From a virus (lineage: Duplodnaviria; Caudoviricetes): a stretch of DNA of 64,000 bases. The notes under the pieces were generated by a model. The model was not told where the DNA came from. It saw nothing but the letters and a program-made list of their open reading frames with translations, and searched no databases. The stretch is from positions 776-64,775 of the IMG/VR virus record IMGVR_UViG_2895060867_000001; one strand, written 5' to 3'. Shown here piece by piece: positions 19,123 to 29,175 of the stretch; position 1 is the first letter of the stretch; each line of letters begins with the position of its first letter. A program made the translations under genes and the position numbers.

Positions 19123-20410
19123 TGCCGCGTCCTTTCGGTTGCTGTGTCATTGGGTTGCGCAACTGGTCGGCCACTGGGTCATCGACTCGCGGCAAATCCA
19201 CCGTCTCACGCACTTCGTTCTGCTTCATCCACGGCGAATGCCCACCAGCACCCAGCGCCTTAGCAAAGAAATTTGCCTGGTCGTTGAGGGTGCCGCGCAT
19301 AAGCGCCGCCTCGTTGAACTTGAATACCTGCTTGCCCAGCATTTTTTCCGGCAGGAACAGGCGCTCCGCCGCTTGCTCCCACGACACGAACCAGGGAGAC
19401 AAGCCGTATTGAATGAAGAAGATGGCAAGCTGCTCGATGCCGCTGCCCCAACTCGTGTCATCCATCATCAGAAGGGGGCGCGGCACGCCATACATCCGCG
19501 CCACCTCTTCAATCTGATGATTTCGATTCTCGATTTGTTGTGCCGACACCGCCGTCGCGGTGAACTGCTTCGCCTTTCCGCCCTCTTCGAGCAGCATCCA
19601 GCTACCGGCTTTGTCAGATCCCGAGTGGTTCTCTGCGATCGACTCTTTCAGGCGCTTGTACGCACCGTCCGAAAGTTCTTTCTCGTATTCGATAGCGCCG
19701 CCCGCCATTACCCCAGTGCGAAACGTGCGGGACGCAGCACGCTCAGCCTGCTCTGCAAGTTCGAGCGCCTCCCTCGCCAACCGTGGCCGGGAAAGCCCGT
19801 TTACGCCATCCAGTGACAAGTCTCGGAGATGAAAAACTTCCCGCGCGGGCAGCGTGATCAGATCTCCCGCAGGCGTCGTGTAGTCGTAGACCATTTGCCA
19901 CGTCTCCGTCAGACGCGGTTTCGTAGAACCGCGATCCATCGGGATCAAGCGGATGGGACGACTTCCGGACCAGATCACACGGGCATAGGACTGGCCGTCA
20001 AGCAACGCGCGCAACTGCAAAAGGCTCTTGAACTCGATCGGCGTTTGCCAATCGTTCGGTCGATACTTCAGCAGGCGGTGAGCCGGGTTGTCCGTCTGCG
20101 TCCGCTTCGTGTCATCGTTCGCGATCAAATTGAGCGGCAGCATGCCAATCGACTGCGAGATCAACGTCACGCATCGAAGCACCGCCATGTTTCGCAGCGC
20201 CTTTGCCTCACGCCCCGCGACTCCACCGTTCAACTCGCCATTACGGATGTATTCGAGAAGGTTCGGATCGTCGAGGCCGTCGAAGACCTGCCCAGGCGGG
20301 GACTCCGCTCTCGGTGCTACCGACGACGACGGACGTTCAAGCGTCGGTTCCGCGAGGCGAGCGGGGGCCTCCGGAGGCTTCTCACCCCGGACGAAATCAA
20401 ACCAACCCAT
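19100..20410 (-). CDS. HK97-family portal protein
   Basis: LLKYRPNDWQT, EVFHLRDLSLDGVNGLS, EVARMYGVP motifs. Confidence 0.95.
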   Translation of the reverse strand: MGWFDFVRGEKPPEAPARLAEPTLERPSSSVAPRAESPPGQVFDGLDDPNLLEYIRNGELNGGVAGREAKALRNMAVLRCVTLISQSIGMLPLNLIANDDTKRTQTDNPAHRLLKYRPNDWQTPIEFKSLLQLRALLDGQSYARVIWSGSRPIRLIPMDRGSTKPRLTETWQMVYDYTTPAGDLITLPAREVFHLRDLSLDGVNGLSRPRLAREALELAEQAERAASRTFRTGVMAGGAIEYEKELSDGAYKRLKESIAENHSGSDKAGSWMLLEEGGKAKQFTATAVSAQQIENRNHQIEEVARMYGVPRPLLMMDDTSWGSGIEQLAIFFIQYGLSPWFVSWEQAAERLFLPEKMLGKQVFKFNEAALMRGTLNDQANFFAKALGAGGHSPWMKQNEVRETVDLPRVDDPVADQLRNPMTQQPKGRGNEPPQTA

Positions 20411-20417
20411 TCACACC

Positions 20418-22139
20418 TCAGAGGAATCGGATGCCGCGCGACTCGTACACCGACGGCCCTTGAGCCGGCGGGTTGAGCGCCATCAGCGATACCGCATCGA
20501 AAATTGCCATCAGCGGGTCAATCTTTCCCGTCCCGCTGGCTTGTTTGGTGATATTCACTGCGTTGCCGACGGGTACGATGCGGGCGTTGCCAACAGCCCA
20601 CGCCATCAAACGCTGACCGCCGTGCATCAACGTGCCATCTACACGTATGCCGTTTTCATCGACCTTTCGCCCGCCCGCAGCCGCTAGTCGCCGTTCAGTG
20701 GTCTTGATCGCACCCGATAGCTTCCAGCCCTGCGAAATGCCGATGACTTTGTCCTCGGGCACCTTGGCTTCTGCCAAGGCGTCGAGCACGCCGCCGATGC
20801 CGGCCGGATCCGCGCCCACCTTGTCGAGCAGACCTGCCCGTTCAATCTCTGCGACGATGTTCGCGACATCGGCAACGTCGTCTCCGATTTGCTCGACGAC
20901 GGTAAGATCGCCTTCCTTCTCGAAGTCGCGCAAGGCAGGTGCAATCTCCTGCCGTCGCTCGAACACTGACGGATGCGCCCACGCATGCGTCCAGACGATC
21001 CAATTCCGAGAACCTTTCTGCCGACCTAGCACGGCGAGGCCCAACAGATCGTCTAAGCCGCCGCCATCAATGCCGACGTCGACGACCTCACACATCTCAA
21101 GCAAATCCTGCAACGTCAGCCCCGGCACAAGCGCCGATGCTTCCCAGAAGTCCACTCCCGCCCATCGATCGGTGCGCAAATTCATACCGATCTCGACGTT
21201 CAAGTGCTTCGCGATGAACACATTGAACGACCCATCGGTCAGCCTGCGATTCTTGACGAGCTGGTCGCTCAGCCACTCGGCGCTCACCGACCGCCCAAGG
21301 TTCGGATTGGCGATGTAGTAGTTGGCCGGATCGAGATAGGCTTTCGACTTCACCATTGCCGGAGGGAACTCGTACAAGACGCCCAACGACTTCGGGTCGA
21401 CGATCACGCCGTCCCTAACATCTCGGAAGTAGCGCAGCTTCTCAAGAAACACGCCAGCCGGCGGCTCATCGCTTTGCGTAGTCAGGTAGATAACCCACCC
21501 TTCGTCTCGCGAAATCTGTCCGCCTGTCGCTTCCATGAACATCGCTTCCGCGTCCTTCCGCGAGCCGAACAGCCAATGTTCATCGATCAGGATCCGGCCT
21601 GACTTCTTGCCGGACACCGTATCGGTGTCAGCTGCCACGACTTTCAGCGACGCCCGACTCACGCGATGCGTGATAGTCCGAATGTGGTCCTGAATGTGGA
21701 AAAGCGCTGCAAGCTCTTCGTCCGCGCGGATCATGCCGGCTGCTGGTTTGAAACTGTTGTCGGCGACTTCCTTTGTCGGGGCAAGGATCAGATGCTCCTC
21801 TTCCTCACGCCAGCAAAGAATGACGGCGGTGAGCATGATCCCCGCCGCAATAGTCGACTTCGTATTCTTCTTGCTGATAAGGAGATAGAACTCCCGAATC
21901 AGTTGCTTCCCGCTCTCTTCGTCATACGCACCGAAGATCGCTGCGACAAAGTCAAAGACCCACTGTTCGCTGCATTCGCCGAACGTCGGCTTACCAGGCA
22001 GGTCGGTGACGCGTAGCTCTTTGAAAATCGCCAAGGCCTGTTCGGCCTGATCGGGGAAGATCGGCGGGGGAATGATCGAATCGCCACGCACCAAACGATC
22101 GCCCCAATCGGGGCACGCGGTCGTCCACGCCATCGTCAA
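20418..22139 (-). CDS. Terminase large subunit
   Basis: Walker A variant ISKKNTKST, ILIDEHW, GIDGGGLDD, KIDPLMA. Confidence 0.93.
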   Translation of the reverse strand: MTMAWTTACPDWGDRLVRGDSIIPPPIFPDQAEQALAIFKELRVTDLPGKPTFGECSEQWVFDFVAAIFGAYDEESGKQLIREFYLLISKKNTKSTIAAGIMLTAVILCWREEEEHLILAPTKEVADNSFKPAAGMIRADEELAALFHIQDHIRTITHRVSRASLKVVAADTDTVSGKKSGRILIDEHWLFGSRKDAEAMFMEATGGQISRDEGWVIYLTTQSDEPPAGVFLEKLRYFRDVRDGVIVDPKSLGVLYEFPPAMVKSKAYLDPANYYIANPNLGRSVSAEWLSDQLVKNRRLTDGSFNVFIAKHLNVEIGMNLRTDRWAGVDFWEASALVPGLTLQDLLEMCEVVDVGIDGGGLDDLLGLAVLGRQKGSRNWIVWTHAWAHPSVFERRQEIAPALRDFEKEGDLTVVEQIGDDVADVANIVAEIERAGLLDKVGADPAGIGGVLDALAEAKVPEDKVIGISQGWKLSGAIKTTERRLAAAGGRKVDENGIRVDGTLMHGGQRLMAWAVGNARIVPVGNAVNITKQASGTGKIDPLMAIFDAVSLMALNPPAQGPSVYESRGIRFL

Positions 22140-22648
22140 ACCTTCTTACCGCCGGATGCGGCGAGGCGCGGAGGCGCAGCCCGACCGAATCGGCCAGCGA
22201 CGTTCTTCGCGGCCTCTTCGCGCTGTTCTTTCTTGCCGCCCTCGCCCCGCTTCTGATGTGTGAACGGCATCAACGCCTTCGCTGCATCGATCTGAAGCTT
22301 GCGCTCCGTAAGCGGATCGTTCATTGCGGCCAGCAGAAAGTCTTTCGGGTCCGAGTACATGACCACCTTGGCGAGGTCGAATCCAGCGGCGACCGCCGCG
22401 CGCTTGACGGCTTCCGCGTCAGGCGGCACCACTTCGTTCGCTTGCGGCTTCGCTGCCGCTCGCTTCTTCGACACACCTTTTTTCTGGTGTTGGGCTAGGT
22501 AGGCGGCGACATCCTTGTCTTTAACAAGTCGCGACCCCGCCGCCGACGCGGTGGCCGGACTGTACCCAGCCGCGATTGCCGCGTCTTTATTGGACTTTCC
22601 GGCCAAAACAGCATCGGCAAACAGCCGCTTTTTGCTGTTAAAGGCCAT
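22136..22648 (-). CDS. Terminase small subunit
   Basis: AAIAAGYS..ASAAGSRL HTH motif directly upstream of TerL. Confidence 0.85.
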   Translation of the reverse strand: MAFNSKKRLFADAVLAGKSNKDAAIAAGYSPATASAAGSRLVKDKDVAAYLAQHQKKGVSKKRAAAKPQANEVVPPDAEAVKRAAVAAGFDLAKVVMYSDPKDFLLAAMNDPLTERKLQIDAAKALMPFTHQKRGEGGKKEQREEAAKNVAGRFGRAAPPRLAASGGKKV

Positions 22649-22738
22649 TAACAAAAACTCCAAAAGGGGAAATTTTCTGCGCGTGCGGGAACGTGCGGTC
22701 TAGGGGATTTGCTCGATCAGACTTTTGACCGCCCCTCC

Positions 22739-23125
22739 CTATCGCTGACGTTCGGTGCGCTGCTTCTCGCTATCGTGATGCGGCTTGCAGAGCGTCTGCA
22801 CGTTCGCGGGATCGAGCCGCAATCGATCATCCCCGCGATGGGCAATGATGTGATCGCCGATCGTCCCAAGCGGCTCAGCTATCCCGCGCTCTGCGCATGC
22901 GATGACAACTTCGGCCGGCGACAAGCCGGACATGCCAAGATCGCGCAAGCAGAACACGCAATGTGGGTGCTCGGCGAGGTGCTGCGCGCGTATCCGCTGC
23001 CAGTCAGCACCGTAGCCGCGCGCCGCGCTAGCTTGCTTTCCGGTTCGCCAAGACGGGGACTCAACGACCTGAGTGCGCGCTTTCAGTGGCGCAAGTCGTG
23101 ATCGGAGTGTAGTCAGTCTAGGCAT
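22739..23125 (-). CDS. HNH endonuclease (terminase-associated)
   Basis: CVFC..DHIIAH..NVQTLCKPHH. Confidence 0.88.
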   Translation of the reverse strand: MPRLTTLRSRLAPLKARTQVVESPSWRTGKQASAARGYGADWQRIRAQHLAEHPHCVFCLRDLGMSGLSPAEVVIACAERGIAEPLGTIGDHIIAHRGDDRLRLDPANVQTLCKPHHDSEKQRTERQR

Positions 23126-23202
23126 GAGAGAAAGCGCCCGCGACCGCCGAAGCGGTGCGGGCTAACGCCGTATGGCGAGGAGGAGACACGCACGAGAAAT
23201 GG

Positions 23203-23291
23203 AAAAGCCCGCGAGGTTTTCACCGTCGCGGGCTCTGGAGGCAATGATTCAGCCTTTCCGAAATGATACGATTTCGTCCGGTTTTGTGCAG
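23203..23291 (-). promoter_or_regulatory. Late promoter PR'-like with downstream terminator tR'
   Basis: Minus strand CTGCAC-N17-TATCAT (23291..23263), then AGCCCGCGA/TCGCGGGCT hairpin plus TTTT. Confidence 0.6.
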
Positions 23292-23395
23292 AACTATTAT
23301 GTGCAGATTTTCTTGCACAGCGCAGCGCAGAAAGATCGAAAACTAAACGCGATTACGCGCGCGCAACTCACGCCTCATCACAATACGGGGATTTC

Positions 23396-23857
23396 ATGTT
23401 TCCTAGAATCTTTGCCCTTTTCAATCGCGACTCAAGGCTCTTCAGAATCATCGTAAATCTACTGTTCTGGGGTGCCTTTGGAGCCGTAGCGATCGCCTAT
23501 TACACCTACGATACGCCCAGTGCCTGGAACAAGCCGGTTCCGGCAAAGGTAATGGGCGGCTACGTAGATCTGAAGCTGATTACGTTTCAGGTATTCGGCG
23601 GCCTCCTGCTTCTCGCCTTTCTCGCGCTTCTCATTGTGAAAACCAGAGGCACGACGGAAGTATCTCGGGCGATTCACTTGACCCGTCGAATCGCTGACGA
23701 AGTCGCATCGGTTATCGTCAACCTAGCCTCGTTGTGCCTCGTTACTGGATGGATCGTCGGGGACGCCAGCAACATGCTCGCTTCGGTACCGCTCTATCTT
23801 GTCGGTGCGTGGTTAATGGACCACCCCCACCACGCCAAGCCCGCTCCCATTACGTAA
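23396..23857 (+). CDS. Membrane protein moron (antisense to the lytic operon)
   Basis: 153 aa with about 4 hydrophobic segments, between Q and the late promoter. Confidence 0.7.
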   Translation: MFPRIFALFNRDSRLFRIIVNLLFWGAFGAVAIAYYTYDTPSAWNKPVPAKVMGGYVDLKLITFQVFGGLLLLAFLALLIVKTRGTTEVSRAIHLTRRIADEVASVIVNLASLCLVTGWIVGDASNMLASVPLYLVGAWLMDHPHHAKPAPIT

Positions 23858-24239
23858 TGGACATCGTAGGGCCGGAATGCGCCCGCTCAATCACCAAGGC
23901 CAGCCTTAGCGCCTTGCGCGAGAACCTTTGGACACGATCATAAAACGTCCGCGTGCTGACACCCATTGCTGCGGCCAGTACTTTCACAGGCCGGAACCCG
24001 TGCACGTGGTAGAGCGTGAAGCAGATGCCGCATTCGGGCAACTCGTCGGAGAGCGCATGCACAGCCATATTGAAGTACGCCATCTCAGCGCTCATCGGCG
24101 CGTCAGGAATCTCCGACGCAAACTTTCGTGGTTGCAGACGAGCCAAGATTCCAACCGGCACGGGAGGCGCAAGCAGCCTGCGAGTCCTGCACCAGACTCC
24201 GTACTCCAGGCAAAAGCTCGACAAATCTTGATCAGTCAT
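23850..24239 (-). CDS. Putative late antiterminator (Q-like)
   Basis: Last gene of the early-right operon before PR'; C-terminal HTH (VKVLAAAMGVSTRTFYDRV). Confidence 0.65.
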   Translation of the reverse strand: MTDQDLSSFCLEYGVWCRTRRLLAPPVPVGILARLQPRKFASEIPDAPMSAEMAYFNMAVHALSDELPECGICFTLYHVHGFRPVKVLAAAMGVSTRTFYDRVQRFSRKALRLALVIERAHSGPTMSIT

Positions 24240-24660
24240 TCCCTTCAGTCTCCCATCCAAGCAGTCGGGCGCGGTATGGTGCCCATCGATCATATGCAGC
24301 ATTGAAGAGTCCTCGCTTCTCGTCTCGTGTCAATTTGTTGCCCTGGTCGTACTCGGCGTGGCACGTGAAGCATGCCGGCACCGTCAATCTGTCTGGGGTC
24401 TTCAGCCCCATTCCCTTACCTTCGTTGCGATGTGCAGGCACAGTCGTCTGCCAATCACCGCAGCACACACCATCGATACGCAGGTAGCACGGCTGGCCCG
24501 CGCATGCCGAGAGTGACGTCTTGCAGTGCCCTGCTCGCTTCTTCCGGGCCTTTCGTTTGAACGTCGTTCCTTTGAGCACGGCGGTACCGCTAAACGGGTT
24601 GAGCGTTGACGACGCCTTGCGTTTGAAGCCTGAGCGTTTCATCGGCGTCTTGCGCTGCAT
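24232..24660 (-). CDS. DUF1364-like HNH/zinc protein (nin region)
   Basis: CYLRIDGVC..TTVPAH..GKGMGLKTPD..VPACFTCHAEYD. Confidence 0.7.
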   Translation of the reverse strand: MQRKTPMKRSGFKRKASSTLNPFSGTAVLKGTTFKRKARKKRAGHCKTSLSACAGQPCYLRIDGVCCGDWQTTVPAHRNEGKGMGLKTPDRLTVPACFTCHAEYDQGNKLTRDEKRGLFNAAYDRWAPYRARLLGWETEGND

Positions 24661-24664
24661 GGCC

Positions 24665-25033
24665 TCACACCGCCTCTCGCGCCTTCGCTTCGCCCTTGAG
24701 GGCCGCATAGGCGATGCAGTCCTCAGCGCTGTCGGCGTGATATCCCGGACGCTGAAACAGGCGAACGTCCTTGAGCACCTGCAAGAGCAACCAACCCTCC
24801 GGCTCGGTCAGGTTGCGGCCTGTGATCGCATTGAATGCCTCGACGGCTTTGCGCATGCTGCGCTCACCTTCCGGCTTGTCGTACTGGGCCGCGCGGGCTT
24901 CCATGTGGGACTTCGCCGCAATCAGTAAGCCCGGTGCACTTACAGTCGGTTTCGCCACATTGGCAAGCGGGACAACGCCTTGCCAGCATTCGGCGCACAT
25001 GGTGAACTCATCGCAACCGCATGCTTTGCTCAT
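24665..25033 (-). CDS. Conserved phage protein (DUF6378-like)
   Basis: RAAQYD..ER..LKDVR..DSAEDCIAYAAL. Confidence 0.6.
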   Translation of the reverse strand: MSKACGCDEFTMCAECWQGVVPLANVAKPTVSAPGLLIAAKSHMEARAAQYDKPEGERSMRKAVEAFNAITGRNLTEPEGWLLLQVLKDVRLFQRPGYHADSAEDCIAYAALKGEAKAREAV

Positions 25034-25380
25034 CGCAGTTCCTCGCAAAGTCGTTGGTGCGAAAGCGCATACGAGTCATACGCCCTGAGGCGCTTCCATT
25101 TCGGTCTGTAGGCGGCCCCGGCGATCGAGAGCCTCGGCGCCTGGGAGACGAATTGCGGAGCCTCGACAGTCGAGACGGCACCGATCAATGTCTTCGGGCT
25201 GGTGAGCGCAAGGCTGAACTCATCTGCGCGAAGGCCGCTTCGCTTGACCAGCAGACCTTCGGCCACAAGCTCATCGATCAACCTCATCACCAAACGCTTC
25301 GAGCCGTCGCTCAGATCGACAATAGCGGGCCGCGTGTACCACTCGCCCTTGTCCATACAATCCAGAATCACGTTCTTCAT
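25030..25380 (-). CDS. Hypothetical protein, wHTH-like N-terminus
   Basis: Coupled ORF in the nin region. Confidence 0.55.
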   Translation of the reverse strand: MKNVILDCMDKGEWYTRPAIVDLSDGSKRLVMRLIDELVAEGLLVKRSGLRADEFSLALTSPKTLIGAVSTVEAPQFVSQAPRLSIAGAAYRPKWKRLRAYDSYALSHQRLCEELR

Positions 25381-25859
25381 TTGATCTCCGTAATCGTCAG
25401 CCCCTGCAACGCCATCAGGTGCCGCTTCAGTCGATACATCTGGGTCAGAAATCCCTTCACGTCCTCGATGACGGTCACTCCGTCACGCTGGTACACGAAG
25501 TCCGCTACGTAGTGGCGCGCAGGGCGCTTGCGGCCATCAATCACCACTGAGGCAGCGATCTCAAAGCTCACCTGTCGAAGCAGCCCAGAAATCAGGCCCG
25601 CATTCTCTTCCGCCGTGAGCACCAGCCAGCGATGCATTTCCTTCTCGCTGTCGAATTTCTCGCCGCCCAGCTCGCACGGCTTGTTACCGTACTTCGATCG
25701 CTTCGCTGCAACCATGCCGAGAATCGGCTGCGTCAGCGGTGCGGGCGCAGGCGACGCCAACTCGACGACCGTGGAGCCGATCTGTTCGCGAATTCGCGCT
25801 GTACCGACACGCCCATTGCTAATTGCGCTTTCCGGAAACGCGAGCCCCTTGCGCGCCAT
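25377..25859 (-). CDS. DUF1064-like endonuclease
   Basis: SKYGNK..KFDSEKE..YVADFVY..IEDVKG. Confidence 0.8.
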   Translation of the reverse strand: MARKGLAFPESAISNGRVGTARIREQIGSTVVELASPAPAPLTQPILGMVAAKRSKYGNKPCELGGEKFDSEKEMHRWLVLTAEENAGLISGLLRQVSFEIAASVVIDGRKRPARHYVADFVYQRDGVTVIEDVKGFLTQMYRLKRHLMALQGLTITEIK

Positions 25860-25869
25860 ATCGCTCTCT

Positions 25870-26370
25870 TCAGGCCGCGTCAGCCAGCAGCTTCTGCAAC
25901 TGCTTGAACTTCGCCGCCTCGCCCGCCGTCTTCTCGATGCCCTCTTCAATTGACAGCGCCGCCGTTTCAATTTCCGATGCGATGGCCTTGGTCTCGGCCT
26001 CGACGTGCTTGTGCAGCGCCGCCAGGCGCTTCGTGATGGCCGACAGAAGATCGATCGGCGATTTCGGTTCGTTCGTCACCACTACTTTCTCCTTCGTTTG
26101 AATAGCAACCGTCTTGTCTGCGGTGGCGGTCGGCTTAACCTGCACGCGGCGGTAGTGCCCCGTCTTCACCTCCTGCACCAGACCGACATCGCGCAGCGCC
26201 GCCAAGCAGCCCTGCAAGATGCGCATATCGATGCTCGCGCGCGTCGTGCGGATCAGCGCCGAGCCGATCTGCCCCAACGTCCAGCATTCCTGAATCGGCA
26301 CGGCCTCGAACACCTTCTGTGCAATAGCTGACTGGCCGCGCAACTTACTTTCAAATCGACTCGGGGTCAT
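25870..26370 (-). CDS. Hypothetical phage protein
   Basis: 166-aa coupled ORF. Confidence 0.6.
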   Translation of the reverse strand: MTPSRFESKLRGQSAIAQKVFEAVPIQECWTLGQIGSALIRTTRASIDMRILQGCLAALRDVGLVQEVKTGHYRRVQVKPTATADKTVAIQTKEKVVVTNEPKSPIDLLSAITKRLAALHKHVEAETKAIASEIETAALSIEEGIEKTAGEAAKFKQLQKLLADAA

Positions 26371-26373
26371 TCG

Positions 26374-26586
26374 TCATTTCCCTTTGCTATGCAGGTAGGC
26401 GATGTACGCCCTCAGTTCTTTCTCTTGCCTCTCTGCGACGTCGTCACCAAAGACTTTTCGCACCCTAGCGATGAAGACCCGTGCCAGATCGCCATTTCCG
26501 ACCTTCGCAGCGCTCGCCGCTGCTTCGAAGCGCCGCCAGCACTCGGTCGAAGTCACGCTGCGACCTTGCCTCGATGACTTTCCCAA
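26374..26586 (-). CDS. Hypothetical phage protein
   Basis: 70-aa ORF overlapping the end of the DnaC-like gene. Confidence 0.5.
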   Translation of the reverse strand: MGKSSRQGRSVTSTECWRRFEAAASAAKVGNGDLARVFIARVRKVFGDDVAERQEKELRAYIAYLHSKGK

Positions 26587-27347
26587 TCGAACACGACGGC
26601 CTCACCGCCGTCCTCCCGAAGCCGGTCAAACACGCGCTCACCCAGAAACGAACGAATCCCCGGCACGCGACGCCCGTCGACCACCTCGTCATCAACCGTG
26701 AGATTCGAGAGAAGGATGGTCTGACGGCGCTTCTCATATCGCTCGTTCAGCACGTCGAACAGGATCAGCTTTTCGGTTTCAGACCCGAACTGAACGCCGA
26801 TCTCGTCGAGAATGAGCAGGTCCGGGAACGACAGCGCAGCAACGGCGGCAGACTCCGACTCCGTGCTGCCACGCGTCCACGTGTCTTTCACCCGCCGTAC
26901 AGCGCGCATGACCGTCGTGAACAGAACCGTGCGCGGCGCGGACTCCATGATTGCGTGACCGATTGCGACGGCAAGGTGCGTCTTCCCCGTTCCAGGCAAG
27001 CCGAGAAAGATGGCGCATTGCCCACGGCGATCTGGCTCGCCGAAGTGCGCGGCAAAGTCGCGTGCAAATTCGAGCGCGCGGATCTGCCCCGGCGTCGTGG
27101 CGACGTAGTTTTCTAGTCGGCGGTCCTTGAAACGATCGGGGATGCCGGTATCGCCCAAGCGGCGCTGCCAAGCTTCGCGTTCGCCCGTGCGAATGATCGT
27201 CTCGCGCTCAAGCTCAATGCGTGCGGCATCCTCATCGGCGCACTTCGGGCAGCCCGTCCACGAGTCCCCAAAGTAGCAAAGGCGTTCGAAGTCGCCGTGC
27301 TTCGGGCAATTTGCGGAAGAGCGGAGAGGTTGTGCGTGGAAGTTCAC
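26553..27347 (-). CDS. DnaC/IstB-like helicase loader ATPase
   Basis: Zn-finger CPKH/CPKC, Walker A GLPGTGKT, Walker B LLILDE, SNL. Confidence 0.92.
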   Translation of the reverse strand: MNFHAQPLRSSANCPKHGDFERLCYFGDSWTGCPKCADEDAARIELERETIIRTGEREAWQRRLGDTGIPDRFKDRRLENYVATTPGQIRALEFARDFAAHFGEPDRRGQCAIFLGLPGTGKTHLAVAIGHAIMESAPRTVLFTTVMRAVRRVKDTWTRGSTESESAAVAALSFPDLLILDEIGVQFGSETEKLILFDVLNERYEKRRQTILLSNLTVDDEVVDGRRVPGIRSFLGERVFDRLREDGGEAVVFDWESHRGKVAA

Positions 27348-28129
27348 AGCTTGCCTCCCGTTCCGTAACTGCGCTTTCCAAAGCCCTCGCCGGAAGCGCC
27401 CTTCGCCGCGCCGGTCGTGAGAGCGCTCTCGTTGCGGACCCAGTTGCGCCAAGTGGCATCCCAGTCCGTCTTACGCCCCTTCTCGCCCGCCTTGGCACCC
27501 CAGTAGTCCTTGAACTTCTCGGCAACGCGGCGAACATGGTCGGCATTCCACGTCGGTTGCTCCTTCAAAGCCCAGTCACCAAGTGCCTTGGTCAGAACCC
27601 AGTCGTCGGGTAAGCGCGTGCCGCGCGCACCACTGACGGTTCCCTTACGGTTAACTGATGGTTCTACTGATGGTTCGGGTGCAAAAGCTTTGCACCCTTT
27701 TCTGTCGTCGTTTGCACCCTTTCCGTCTCCAGTTGCACCCTTTTCCGCTTCGGATTGCACCCTTTCTGCAGACATATTCGGTGCAGAATCTGCGCCCTTT
27801 CCGTCGTCTTCCGCGTCATCGGAAATGGGTGCAAGTTCTGCACCGTTTAACCACGAGGGATTGATACGGTACTCGGCGGGCATTCCGGACTGGCCGCGAC
27901 CACCAGAAGCAGGACGAACGAGGACTAGCCAGCCGGACTTCTGCATGCGCCGAAGTTGGTACTGGACAGCTCGTTCGGATTGGCGAGTACGCGCGGCCAT
28001 GGTGGCCACGCTCGGGAAGATACGGGTGCCGTCGTCGTGAGCGTTATCGGCAAGCTTGAGCGCGAGGAGCATTTCGCCACCGCCGGTCGGGTAGCGCTCG
28101 AATACCATGCCCATCACCTTGGCGCTCAC
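27344..28129 (-). CDS. Replication initiator (O-like)
   Basis: N-terminal HTH, internal iterons, C-terminal RGTRLPDDW..DWDATWRNW. Confidence 0.88.
   Translation of the reverse strand: MSAKVMGMVFERYPTGGGEMLLALKLADNAHDDGTRIFPSVATMAARTRQSERAVQYQLRRMQKSGWLVLVRPASGGRGQSGMPAEYRINPSWLNGAELAPISDDAEDDGKGADSAPNMSAERVQSEAEKGATGDGKGANDDRKGCKAFAPEPSVEPSVNRKGTVSGARGTRLPDDWVLTKALGDWALKEQPTWNADHVRRVAEKFKDYWGAKAGEKGRKTDWDATWRNWVRNESALTTGAAKGASGEGFGKRSYGTGGKL
27690..27765. repeat. Replication origin iterons, 4x TTGCACCCTTT
   Basis: Copies at 27690, 27712, 27733 and 27755 (21-22 bp period); degenerate copies at about 27790 and 27839. Confidence 0.85.
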
Positions 28130-28389
28130 GGGCGAGCCCCCACCTTGACGACATATCGCGTAACGCCGCGACGAATCGCCGTCGACTCGACGTGCCCCGC
28201 CGCCTCCAGCGCCTTGATGGACTCGCGAACGGACGAATCGGACATGCCGCAGGCGTCCGCGATATCCCGCACGCTGGCGACGCTTTCACCGGTCGACAGG
28301 ACGGCGCGATGGCACAAATTCTGGTGGACGATCTTTTGCAGCGCAGGCAGGCGTACTGCCCAACCCTGATTCTGGAGATGTGAACTCAT
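28126..28389 (-). CDS. Small HTH protein
   Basis: SVRDIADACGMSDSSVRESIKALEAAG. Confidence 0.65.
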   Translation of the reverse strand: MSSHLQNQGWAVRLPALQKIVHQNLCHRAVLSTGESVASVRDIADACGMSDSSVRESIKALEAAGHVESTAIRRGVTRYVVKVGARP

Positions 28390-28399
28390 CGCAGGCTCC

Positions 28400-28597
28400 T
28401 CAGTGGTCGCACGGCATTTCACCGTTGGGCAGCCGCACGGCACCGCAGCCGATGCAAAGCGCCGGCTTCTCGGCCGCGACAGTCACAGTCACAGCCCGCG
28501 ATGCGCCTTGCACAAACGCTTCCTTGGCCGCTTCGACTGCCGCCTCAAGCGCGACTTGATCGACGGACGCGCGCAACATCATCTTGAATTCACTCAT
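28400..28597 (-). CDS. Small hypothetical protein
   Basis: 65 aa, C-terminal CIGCG..PCDH. Confidence 0.55.
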   Translation of the reverse strand: MSEFKMMLRASVDQVALEAAVEAAKEAFVQGASRAVTVTVAAEKPALCIGCGAVRLPNGEMPCDH

Positions 28598-29034
28598 TCA
28601 GCCATGCCCTCCAAGCGCGCCGCGATGTTGAAAAGCACCTGTGCGTGCGCGAAGATTCTCCCCTTCACCCGATTGACTTCCTGGAACTCGACGCGGCCGT
28701 CTTCGAGCGTCTTCACGATCTCCTTGCCAACCTCGCCGTGCGTTTCCCACGCACGAGCCATCATCTCGACGATGGCTGAGTCGCAGCATTCCGACAGGTG
28801 AGGAATCTTCACGATTGCCGAACCGCGCTCGGCTGCCCACGCCTCCAGCACGCGCTCGTCGTTCGCAACGTTCGTCGCCTTCACGGCTTCGTTCAGGCTC
28901 AGGTGATGCGTCTGATTGTTCGGATTGACCTTGTTGCGCAAGACCGCCGCCGACATCCCCAGACGCGGAGCAAGTGATTCGCTGCCGCCCGGATAGTCGT
29001 GAACCAGTGCGTGTGCCGCGTCAGTAATGTTCAT
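28594..29034 (-). CDS. CII-family regulator
   Basis: YPGGSESLAPRLGMSAAVLRNKVNPN motif downstream of cro. Confidence 0.85.
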   Translation of the reverse strand: MNITDAAHALVHDYPGGSESLAPRLGMSAAVLRNKVNPNNQTHHLSLNEAVKATNVANDERVLEAWAAERGSAIVKIPHLSECCDSAIVEMMARAWETHGEVGKEIVKTLEDGRVEFQEVNRVKGRIFAHAQVLFNIAARLEGMAE

Positions 29035-29175
29035 TTGCGTGTTCCTCGAACGTTTTTATTTGCTTCTCAGGCCGCTACGATGGCCTCATGAAAACTGCTA
29101 AATCTGGCGAGTCCCCCGACGGTGCTAAGCTGTGCGCTCTTCACTTCGTACAACTCAACATCCATCGGGGGTCTC

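Noticed and set aside
27690-27850. CRISPR-like repeat array
   Set aside because: 11-bp repeats with about 10-bp spacers inside the initiator gene are iterons; no cas genes
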